Below are positions 55,854 to 63,795 of a stretch of DNA of 64,000 nucleotides, piece by piece. The stretch lies in the NCBI GenBank assembly GCA_963750645.1, contig CAVVRO010000005.1, forward strand, positions 389,477 to 453,476, read 5' to 3'. Below the pieces are notes generated by a model that saw only the letters and a program-made list of their open reading frames with translations, made no database searches and was not told the origin of the DNA. The translations under genes were made by a program, and so were the position numbers. This DNA comes from an uncultured Microthrixaceae bacterium (lineage in GTDB: Bacteria; Actinomycetota; Acidimicrobiia; Acidimicrobiales; VFJN01). The first letter of the stretch is position 1, and every line of letters starts with the position of its first letter.

Positions 55854-57366
55854 TCGACGACCGGCCCGGCAGGTCGTGCTTGACCACCTTCCCCGTGGCG
55901 TTCCGAGGCAGCTCGTCCACGACGGTGATCCGTCGAGGCACCTTGTAGTCGGACAGGCGCTCCGCACAGAAGGCAGCCAGCTCGTCGGACCCGACCTCGG
56001 CGCCGGGGGTGAGGACCACCCACGCGGCGACGTCCTCACCGAGCACGGGGTGCGGCACGCCGGCCACCGCCGCCTCCTGCACCGCCGGGTGCTCGTACAG
56101 CACCGACTCGACGTCGGCGGCGTGGACGTTGTTGCCCCCGCGGATGATGACGTCCTTCTGGCGCCCGACGATGTAGAGGAAGCCGTCCTCGTCGAGGAAG
56201 GCGAGGTCGCCGGTGTGCAACCAGCCGTCGCGCCAGGTGCCGGCGGTGGCGGTGGCGTCGTTGAAGTACTCGCGCTCGCGGCCCGGGTTTCGCACGATCA
56301 GCTCGCCGATCTCCCGCGCCGGCAGATCGGTGCCGACGAGGTCGACGATGCGGAACTCGGTGGGCGGCATCGGCTTGCCGACCGATCCGACTCGCCGAGC
56401 CTGCTCCTCCGGCGGCATGGAGCAGAACGCGGGCCCCGCTTCGGTCATCCCCCACGAGTTCGAGACCATCGCGTTGGGGAGCTTCGCCTGGAGCCGCTGC
56501 AGGGTGGCCGGTGACACGGGGGCGCTGCCGATCGGGCACATCGTGATGCTGGACAGATCGACCGTCTCGAAGCGAGGACTGGCGATCAGGAGCTCGGCCA
56601 TCGCCGGCACCAGGAACGTGGCGGCCGGGCGGCGCTCCTCCACGGCGTCGAACCACTCGTCCACCTCGAAGTGCGGGAGGTAGAGCAGCCGCATGCCCAG
56701 CTTCATCGGGTTGTAGGTGGAGGCGATGCCGGCGAAGGTGAACATCGGCGACGAGTGCAACCACCCAGAACCGGTCCAACGCGGGAGTCCGTTCGGCAGC
56801 ATGGCCACGTTCCGGTGACGGACCACCACGCCCTTGGCGCGCCCGGTCGTGCCCGAGGTGTACATGAGGTCGGCCATGTCGCCCCCATCGACGGAAACCT
56901 GGATGGCGGAGTCGTCTGGATCCGTGGCGTCGTCCCAACGGACCAGCCCGTCCCCCGCCGGTCCGGTGGTGACGATGGACCGCAGCTCCGGCAGCCCCTG
57001 CTGCGCGGCAACGAGCGTCCGCGTGGTGGTGGCTCCGCTGACTGCGACGATGGCACCCGCGTGGGACAGCACGTGGACCAGCTCGCGCGCGACGAGCCGG
57101 GTGCTCGTCGGGACGGCCACGGCGCCGGCCTTGTGCACCGCGGCATACGCGAGGAGGAAGACGGCCCCCTCCTCCGGCGGCACGTGGATCGCCACCCGGT
57201 CGCCCCGCTTGACCCCCTGCGCCACCAACCAGCGGGCGAGCTGGTTGGAGCGGCGCTCCCACGCCGCGAAGGTGAGGTCGGTGCCCGCCGAGACGTCGGA
57301 GAAGCCGATCTCCTCGGGGTAGGCCTCGGCCATGAGCCGGAGCTGGTCCGGGAGGATCTCGGCCAT
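55828..57366 (-). CDS. AMP-dependent acyl-CoA synthetase/ligase
   Basis: ATG 57366. 512 aa with LMYTSGTTGRAKGVVV, GMTEA, WLHTGDLAFLDEDGFLYIVGR, TGKVVK. The 3' end overlaps the convergent dsbA-like gene by 26 nt. Confidence 0.9.
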   Translation of the reverse strand: MAEILPDQLRLMAEAYPEEIGFSDVSAGTDLTFAAWERRSNQLARWLVAQGVKRGDRVAIHVPPEEGAVFLLAYAAVHKAGAVAVPTSTRLVARELVHVLSHAGAIVAVSGATTTRTLVAAQQGLPELRSIVTTGPAGDGLVRWDDATDPDDSAIQVSVDGGDMADLMYTSGTTGRAKGVVVRHRNVAMLPNGLPRWTGSGWLHSSPMFTFAGIASTYNPMKLGMRLLYLPHFEVDEWFDAVEERRPAATFLVPAMAELLIASPRFETVDLSSITMCPIGSAPVSPATLQRLQAKLPNAMVSNSWGMTEAGPAFCSMPPEEQARRVGSVGKPMPPTEFRIVDLVGTDLPAREIGELIVRNPGREREYFNDATATAGTWRDGWLHTGDLAFLDEDGFLYIVGRQKDVIIRGGNNVHAADVESVLYEHPAVQEAAVAGVPHPVLGEDVAAWVVLTPGAEVGSDELAAFCAERLSDYKVPRRITVVDELPRNATGKVVKHDLPGRSSIKRRGSGR

Positions 57367-57373
57367 CAACCCT

Positions 57374-57430
57374 CCAACGTCTGCGGTCGAAAGCGCTCGG
57401 ATAGCGGACGAAATCGACCGCAGACGTTGG
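57374..57430 (-). promoter_or_regulatory. perfect 17-bp inverted repeat (23-nt loop) filling the fadE-fadD2 spacer and overlapping the fadD2 Shine-Dalgarno
   Basis: 57374-57390 'ccaacgtctgcggtcga' pairs with 57414-57430 'tcgaccgcagacgttgg'. On the mRNA the 3' arm ends ...gacgttGG|AGGgttgATG. Confidence 0.5.
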
Positions 57431-59633
57431 TCATGGGTCCCGGGGGAGGCCGAGGAGGCGCTCGGCGATGACGTTGCGCTGGATCTCGCTGGTGCCGCCG
57501 GCGATCGATGAGGCACCGGTTGCCGAGGAAGCCGAACGTCCACTGAGCGGCGGCGCCGACGGTGGTCGCACCCTCGGGACCGAGCAGTGACAGGCCCAGC
57601 TCCTGCGTCCGCTGGTCGTGCTCGACGCCGAGCAGCTTGCGCACGCTGGCCTCCGGCCCGGGACGTTCGCCGGACAGCGCGCGCAGCGTGGCCCGCAGTC
57701 CCAGGACCGCGACGGAGTGCGCCTCGCGACGAGGGCACCGAGCCCGTCGAGCAGCAGCGGGTCGTCAGCTTCGAGCAGTCCGGCGTCGATCCGCTCGACC
57801 ACCAAGCCGAGCAGCGCCTCGATCCCGCCGCCGAACGACGAGCCCGCTGCCCATCGACACCCGCTCGTTGGCCAGCGTGGTGCGGGCGCAGCGGCCAGCC
57901 ACCGTCGACCTCGCCGATGACGCAGTCGTCGGGCACGAACACGTCGTCGAGGAAGACCTCGTTGAACATGCTCGAGCCCGGTCAGCTCCCGCAGCGGGCG
58001 GATGTCGATGCCGGGTGCTCGCATGTCGACGACGAAGTAGGTGATGCCCGAGGTGCTTGGGCGCGGTCGGGTTGGTGCGGACGAGGCAGATGCCCCAGTC
58101 CGCCTCGCGTGCCATCGTGGTCCACACCTTCTGGCCGTTGAGCAGCCAACCGCCCATCGGCGCGGGTGGCCGTGGTGGTGAGCGCGGCCAGGTCGGAGCC
58201 GGCCTCGGGCTCGCTGAACAGCTGGCACCACGAGATCTCGCCCCGCAGCGTCGGGCGAACCCAGCGCTCCTGCTGCTCGGGCGTGCCGTGCGCGGCGATC
58301 GTGGGCAGCCACCCACGCGCCCACCTGGAGGTGGGGCACGCGGATGCGGGCCCGTCGGAGCTCCTCGTCGATCACGAGCTGCTCGACGGCGCCGGCGTCG
58401 CGGCCCCACGGCGGCGACCAGTGCGGCACCAGGTAGCCGGCCTCGGCGACCCTGGCCCGCTGCTCCTCCTTCGGGAGCGCACCGACCTCGTCAGCGAACG
58501 CCCTGACCTCGGCACGCGTCCGCTCCGCCTCCGCGGGCAGCGCCAGCCGCAGGTGGCGCCGGGTGCCGCCGAACGCGGCACGGGCCACCCGGGCGCGCCA
58601 CGGCGACGGACCGCCGAGCAGCTGGCGCATCGCCATGGCGCGCCGCAGGTACAGGTGGGCGTCGTGCTCCCACGTGAAGCCGATGCCGCCCAGCACCTGG
58701 ATGCAGTCCTTGGCCACTGAGGCGAACGCATCCGGGGCGATGGCACCAGCGGCCGCCGTGGCCAGGCCGACCTCGTCGGCGTCGTCGTCGCCGTCGAGGG
58801 CCCGCGCGGCGTCCCAGGCCACGCCGCGGGCCTGCTCGGCGGCGACGAGCATGTCGGCGCAGCGGTGCTTCACGGCCTGGAACTGGCCGATGGGACGGCC
58901 GAACTGGCGGCGAACGGTGGCGTAGGCCGCCGCGGTGTCGACGCACCACCCGGCCCCGCCCGCGGCATCGGCGGCCATGCAAGCCGCCGCGAAGCCCATC
59001 ACCCGGGCGCGATCGAGCTCGGGCAGGTGGTCCTCGGTGGTGAGCTCCACGTCGACGAAGGTGAGGTCGGCCAGCCGCCGTGTCGGATCGAGCGACGCGA
59101 GCGGCGTCGCCGTGACACGAGCGCGCTCCACGACGTACCAGCGCTCGTCGCCGCCGACCAGCACCGGCACGACGACGAGGCCGGCCAGGCCGCCGCCCAG
59201 CACCGGCCCGGTGGTGCCGCGTCGCCACCACCGCATCGCCAGCCATCGTCACCCCGTCGATCGGCGCGCCCAGCGCCACCGCGCCGGTGGCGCCGCCGGA
59301 CGCGAGCTCCGGAAGGCGCTTGCCGGCCCCACCCCCTGCGTGGATCGCGGCGCTGCTCAGGACGGTGGGCACGCACGGCCCGGGGGCCAGGGCCCGGCCC
59401 AGCTCCTCGAGGACGACGGCCAGCTCGGCGATGCCGTAGCCCTGACCACCGACAGCGGCCGGGAGGTGGAGCCCGAGCCAGCCGAGCGCCGTCAGCTCGT
59501 CCCAGAACGGCGGCAAGGCCTCGTCCTCCGCGTCCACCGCCGCGCGCACGACGTTCGGCGGGCAACGGTCAGCGGCGAACCGGCGGACGGCGTCCCGCAG
59601 CGCGACATGGTCCTCACCGATGGCGATGCTCAC
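57431..59633 (-). pseudogene. fused two-module acyl-CoA dehydrogenase (fadE-fadE fusion), about 9 frame breaks
   Basis: GTG 59633 (VSIAIGEDHVALRDAVRRFAA...). The first ACAD module ends ...FTWEHDAHLYLRRAMAMRQLLGG and runs without a stop into a second module (...AGYLVPHWSPPWGRDAG...). Conserved blocks (ISWCQLFSEPEAGSDL, GGWLLNGQKVWTT, ITYFVVDM, MFNEVFLDDVFVP, TLANERVSMG, GGTSEIQRNVIAE) hop between all three frames. Confidence 0.8.
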
Positions 59634-59742
59634 GTGCCCGGTCTCCCTTGCCGCGGCCGTCCAACGGCCACGTCACGTTACCCGTCGGCTGGATCTGGCC
59701 TCCGACCGAGCACGCCACCGCCGGCTTTGGGACCATGGCGCC

Positions 59743-60147
59743 ATGCTCACCCTCGGTACGACCGTGCTCGGCGTCGACGACTTCCCGCGCGCCAAGCGCT
59801 TCTGGATGGACGCCCTCGGCTACGTGCCGCGGGATGCTGGCGGCGACGACTTCGTGGTGCTGGTCCCGCCTGACGGCGGTGGACCGCACCTCGCCCTCGA
59901 CGTCAGCGAGACCCCGGTGCAGGAGCACCCGCGGGTGCACCTCGACCTCTACGCCGACGACCAGGCGGCTGAGATCGAGCGCCTGCTCGGGCTCGGCGCC
60001 GCCGAGGTGGACTGGGACCTGTACCCGGACCGTCCCCACGACTTCATCGTCCTCGCCGACACGGAGGGCAACCGCTTCTGCGTGATCGACAAGCACTTCA
60101 CGCCTCCCGACGGCGGCGATGAGTCCGGCGCGGCCGCGGCGTCGTAG
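59743..60147 (+). CDS. VOC/glyoxalase-like domain protein
   Basis: ATG 59743. 134 aa with ...RFWMDALGY...PRVHLDL...DTEGNRFCV. Paralogue of 39217-39621. Confidence 0.75.
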   Translation: MLTLGTTVLGVDDFPRAKRFWMDALGYVPRDAGGDDFVVLVPPDGGGPHLALDVSETPVQEHPRVHLDLYADDQAAEIERLLGLGAAEVDWDLYPDRPHDFIVLADTEGNRFCVIDKHFTPPDGGDESGAAAAS

Positions 60148-60151
60148 GGCC

Positions 60152-60322
60152 ATGCCGAAGCTCGGCGTGCACAACCTGGCCATGTCGCTCGACGGCTGCG
60201 CAGCCGGCCCGAACCAGTCGCTCGACGAGCCCCTCGGCGACCACGGGCGGGACTTCGACGCCGCCGAGGTGGTCACCTCCCCGGAATCCCAGGTGACCCA
60301 CGTCCGCCTCGTGCGTCGGTGA
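60152..60322 (+). pseudogene. remnant of a RibD C-terminal-domain (DHFR-like) gene, with an internal deletion
   Basis: 56 aa. MPKLGVHNLAMSLDGCAAGPNQSLDEPLG looks like the family N-terminus, joined directly to a C-terminal-strand-like ...VVTSPESQVTHVRLVRR. The full family is about 180-200 aa. Confidence 0.4.
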
Positions 60323-60357
60323 CAGCGGCTGTCAGGTGTCGGTGGCACGATGATCCG

Positions 60358-61134
60358 ATGACCGCCGAGGAGTTCAAGAACAAGGACCTCAAGGGGTCCC
60401 GCTTCACGCACGTAGACCTGAGTGAGACCCACATCCACGACGCCGCCCTGCGCGACGTGCGCATCACCGGCGCCTGGATCCAGGACCTGGTGATCGAGGC
60501 CGAGATCGAGGGTTCGCTCTTGGTGAACGGCGTCGACCTGCTGCCCATGCTGGAGGCCGAGCTCAACGCGCGGTACCCAGGCCGCGAGACGATCTTCGCC
60601 GTTCGCGAGGGCGATGCCGATGCGTTCCGTGCCGCGTGGGCGATCGACGAGCGGGTGTGGGCGGAGACCGTCGAGCGGGCTCGCCGCCTCCCCGACGAGA
60701 AGCTCCACGAGCGCGTCGACGGCGAGTGGTCGTTCATCCAGACGCTGCGGCACCTCGTGTTCGCCACGGACTCGTGGGTGCTCCGGGCGATCCAGGGCCA
60801 CCCGTTCCCGTACGACGCCCTCGACCTGCCGTTCAGCGAGATGGGCGAGATCGAGGGCGTGCCCAACGACATCGAGGCCCGCCCGTCGCTCGACGAGGTC
60901 GTGGCGCTGCGCGCCGACCGCATGGCCATCGTCCGCGACGTGGTCGAGAACCTCACCGACGAGGAGCTGGCGCAGTCCACCGAGCCAGTGGAGCCGGTGG
61001 GCTACCCCGAGTCGGAGTCGTTCCCGGTCCGCCGCGCCCTCGGGGCGGTCGTGATCGAGGAGTGGGAGCACCATCTCTTCGCCAACCGCGACCTCGCGGC
61101 GCTCGAGTCGAGCCGAACCGCGTCCCGGAGTTGA
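60358..61134 (+). CDS. DinB-family (DinB_2 / four-helix-bundle metal-binding) protein with an N-terminal pentapeptide-repeat-like segment
   Basis: ATG 60358. WSFIQTLRHLVFATDSW and EEWEHHLFANRDL. Confidence 0.6.
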   Translation: MTAEEFKNKDLKGSRFTHVDLSETHIHDAALRDVRITGAWIQDLVIEAEIEGSLLVNGVDLLPMLEAELNARYPGRETIFAVREGDADAFRAAWAIDERVWAETVERARRLPDEKLHERVDGEWSFIQTLRHLVFATDSWVLRAIQGHPFPYDALDLPFSEMGEIEGVPNDIEARPSLDEVVALRADRMAIVRDVVENLTDEELAQSTEPVEPVGYPESESFPVRRALGAVVIEEWEHHLFANRDLAALESSRTASRS

Positions 61135-61307
61135 CAGGCAAGCAGATACGTCACGACCGCCGCCGACGGATCGAGTCGAGGGCGCGAAAGGAACGTCTCC
61201 GACGTCAGGTCCTCGGCGAGGGCCTTCGCCGGGCACCGATGCAGCAGGTAGCCGAACACTTCGAGGAGCTGCTCATCGTCGACTGCGATCGCGATCTCGA
61301 CCGGCAT
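61135..61307 (-). pseudogene. possible truncated ECF sigma factor fragment (region 2 only); 3' limit approximate
   Basis: MPVEIAIAVDDEQLLEVFGYLLHRCPAKALAEDLTSETFLS...VTYLLACQLRDAVR resembles sigma-70 region 2. There is no region 4, and the frame runs into the convergent gene. Confidence 0.3.
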
Positions 61308-61425
61308 GACCCTGTCATCGCTTGCCACACGCGGATTCCGAACGTCGATCCAGGAATTCCTGGTGCGCTGACCCAATCGTGCAGGTACTCGGTCGGAACC
61401 TGAGGGGACGGCCGATCGATGCCAG

Positions 61426-63177
61426 TCAGTCCTCGAGGCTCATGTCGCACGTGTTGCCGGTGAGGGCGAACAGCTCGCAGCTCGTCTCCGTTGCCATGAC
61501 CCACCGTCCGTCCACCAGCAGTGCGTCTCCGATGTGATCGCGCGGCACGATCGGATCCGGTGAGAGGAACCGGAACCTGACGACGGCGTGCGTGGGACTG
61601 ACGAACACGACGTCGTCGATCTCCTCTTGGATGCCCTGGACGAGGTCCCAGTAGTCGCCCGCCGCGACGCCGTGGGCCGAGTTGAGCCAGACCGCCGGCC
61701 GCTCGTTGAGCGGGGCACGCTCCTCGGCCGGGATCGAGGTGTCGAAGATGGCCAGGAACGCATCCCGGATCTCCTGCTCCGCCGCGGCTGCATCCGCCGG
61801 CTGCTCTCCGGGCTCGGGAAGGCCGAGCCGGCTCTCCAGCGGCCGAACCGCGTCCCCCGGCCCGGGCGGTCGGTAGGCGATGCCCGTGGACAGCTCGCCG
61901 TCGGCGGAGGACAGCGGGCCCCATCCGATGAGGACGCCCTGGCCGCCGATGAGCTCGAGGTGCGCCCCAAGCGGTGGTGCGCTCTCGCCGAGCTCCCGCC
62001 ACGTTCCGGTCTCGGGGTCCAGCGCCCACGGCGCCGGTCGCTGCAACGGGCCGTACGGCGAGTCCGAGCCTTGGATCCAGAAGAGCGCCTCGTCACCAAT
62101 CCACATCCCTTGGTCCGCGTACGCTCGCCCCAACCCCGCCTGGATCACGGTGCCGTAGATCTCCGGGTCGCCCGGGTGACCGGGCAGGGTCCCGGTGATC
62201 GTCCCCGTGCGGTCGAGCATCGTCACCGGCGCACCGAGCTCCGTCGGCAGGGCCACCACGGAGCGAACCTCTCCGTCGCCATCAGGGACAGCGACCAGGT
62301 AGGCGTAGCGCTTGTCGTCGACGGTCTGCCACTCGTCGGCGCCCGGGTCGTACCGCACGAGCGAGGACGGACCTGTGGGGCCGTTCGCGTCCTGCGTGGC
62401 CATGAGGGCGGCCTGGCCGGCCCACATCAGGCTCCCAGGGGAGTTGTCCGGCGGATCAGCGAGCGGACGCCACTCGTTCGTGTCCGGGCTGTACGCGGCT
62501 GCCTTGGGGACGGTGATCCCGCCGACGACGACGAGCTCGTCGCCCGTCCACACGGCTTCGGCTCCACTCGCTACAACGATCGGCGCGTCGGGCAGCCGTC
62601 GCCAGGTGTCGGTCGACGGGTTGTAGGCGGCGCCGTCTTGCACGGGCTCCTCGGAGAGGACGGCACCCTCGTGGTAGCCGCCCACCACGAGCATCTCACT
62701 CCCCGTCCATGCGACCTGCGGCAGGGAGCGCGCGTCGATGGGGGCCTGGGCGATGACCCGCCACTCGCCCGTGGTCGGGTCGAACGCGGCGCCGTCGTCG
62801 AGTGGTCCGGTGGTCCCCCAGCCGCCCCACACGATCATCTCGCGGCCCGACCACACCAGGGCCGGGGTGTCACGGGGGCCGAGGGGCCCCGGCGGGAGCT
62901 CCACCGTGGAACCAGGCTGGAGGTCAGCGATGACCAGCGGGGCGGTGTCCATGTCGTGGTCATCGTCACGGTTCTCGATCACGGCGACGGTCGCGACCGC
63001 GAGCAGGACGACCGCGGCCGCCACGGCAACGAGCTTCCGCGGCGAGCGCCGACGGTGCTGGTCGACGGCCAGTGGGCGTGTTGGGGGGACCGGTGGTCCG
63101 TTCGGGTTGACCAGCCGGGCGCGCTCGGCGTCCTCGTGGAGCGCGTCGCGCAGGCGCTGCTCGAGGTCAGTGGTCAT
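61426..63177 (-). CDS. single-pass membrane protein with a Kelch-type beta-propeller ectodomain (anti-sigma-factor-like partner of the upstream ECF sigma)
   Basis: 583 aa. Cytoplasmic N-terminus (MTTDLEQRLRDALHED...), TM helix LVAVAAAVVLLAVATVAVI, and about 6 repeats of the type W(S/T)GxE(M/L)(I/V)V(W/V)GG ...Y(N/S)PxT(D/N)xW. A roughly 110-aa C-terminal domain with 3 Cys. The start overlaps the sigma gene by 11 nt. Confidence 0.7.
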   Translation of the reverse strand: MTTDLEQRLRDALHEDAERARLVNPNGPPVPPTRPLAVDQHRRRSPRKLVAVAAAVVLLAVATVAVIENRDDDHDMDTAPLVIADLQPGSTVELPPGPLGPRDTPALVWSGREMIVWGGWGTTGPLDDGAAFDPTTGEWRVIAQAPIDARSLPQVAWTGSEMLVVGGYHEGAVLSEEPVQDGAAYNPSTDTWRRLPDAPIVVASGAEAVWTGDELVVVGGITVPKAAAYSPDTNEWRPLADPPDNSPGSLMWAGQAALMATQDANGPTGPSSLVRYDPGADEWQTVDDKRYAYLVAVPDGDGEVRSVVALPTELGAPVTMLDRTGTITGTLPGHPGDPEIYGTVIQAGLGRAYADQGMWIGDEALFWIQGSDSPYGPLQRPAPWALDPETGTWRELGESAPPLGAHLELIGGQGVLIGWGPLSSADGELSTGIAYRPPGPGDAVRPLESRLGLPEPGEQPADAAAAEQEIRDAFLAIFDTSIPAEERAPLNERPAVWLNSAHGVAAGDYWDLVQGIQEEIDDVVFVSPTHAVVRFRFLSPDPIVPRDHIGDALLVDGRWVMATETSCELFALTGNTCDMSLED

Positions 63178-63673
63178 CGGGGAGTTCCTTCCTCAACCGT
63201 TCCAGTGCCCGGGAGGTGATGGACCTGACCGTCGCGGGCCGCACGCCGACGATCTCGGCGATCGCCTCCTCCCGCAGGTCGGCCCAGAAGCGCAGCACGA
63301 GGACTGCGCGCTGCTTGTACGGCAGCCGGCCGACGGCATCGAGCAGCTCGTCGGGCTTGTCGGTCGACGACACCTCGGTGATCACCCGGAGCCGACGCCA
63401 CCCGGCGTCAGCGCGACCCGCCGAGCGGGCTCGGTCGCGGCATCCGTTCACGATGGCGGTCCGCAGGTACGCGGTGCGATGCGCGACCGTGTCGAGGCGG
63501 GGTCGCAGCCGCATGAACGCGTCCTGCACGACGTCCTCGGCGGCGGCGTGGTCGTGCGTCAGCAACCACGCCAGCCGTACTGCGCCCGGGTACGCATCCC
63601 GGTAGAAGGCCGCGAAGTCGTCGTCCACCCGAGCACCGATCCTGCCATCCACGGGCACGAGACGTGCTTCCAC
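63167..63673 (-). CDS. ECF (SigE-family) RNA polymerase sigma factor
   Basis: 168 aa, GTG start. Region 2 AAAEDVVQDAFMRL...AYLRTAIVNGCRDRAR; region 4 LPYKQRAVLVLRFWADLREEAIAEIVGVRPATVRSITSRALERLR. Confidence 0.88.
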   Translation of the reverse strand: MEARLVPVDGRIGARVDDDFAAFYRDAYPGAVRLAWLLTHDHAAAEDVVQDAFMRLRPRLDTVAHRTAYLRTAIVNGCRDRARSAGRADAGWRRLRVITEVSSTDKPDELLDAVGRLPYKQRAVLVLRFWADLREEAIAEIVGVRPATVRSITSRALERLRKELPDDH

Positions 63674-63680
63674 GCCTCCT

Positions 63681-63759
63681 TAGACGCCGCGGTGTGCCGT
63701 TCCGTGGCGCCATCGATGCAAGAAGTTCTCTGCCACGGAACGCAACGCCGCGGCGTCTA
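63681..63759. promoter_or_regulatory. near-perfect 28-bp inverted repeat (23-nt loop) in the divergent sigma/lipoprotein spacer
   Basis: 63681-63708 pairs with 63732-63759. There are 25 Watson-Crick pairs, 1 G-T pair and a 2-nt internal mismatch, with no indel. Each arm contains GGAAC ... CGTC. Confidence 0.5.
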
Positions 63760-63795
63760 GAGAGCCGGTCATCACCACTCCGGGAGGACATCGAC

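Noticed and set aside
7682-63731. Four hairpins share a 23-nt loop length (7682-7704, 57391-57413, 63709-63731), or have a comparable layout, suggesting one repeat family
   Set aside because: The arm and loop sequences are not alignable beyond short GC-rich strings, so the equal loop length is most simply a coincidence.
63700-63757. Calling the GGAAC...CGTC strings in the hairpin arms an ECF promoter
   Set aside because: The spacing between GGAAC and CGTC is only 12 nt, whereas ECF promoters normally have about 16-17 nt. It is kept as a remark only.
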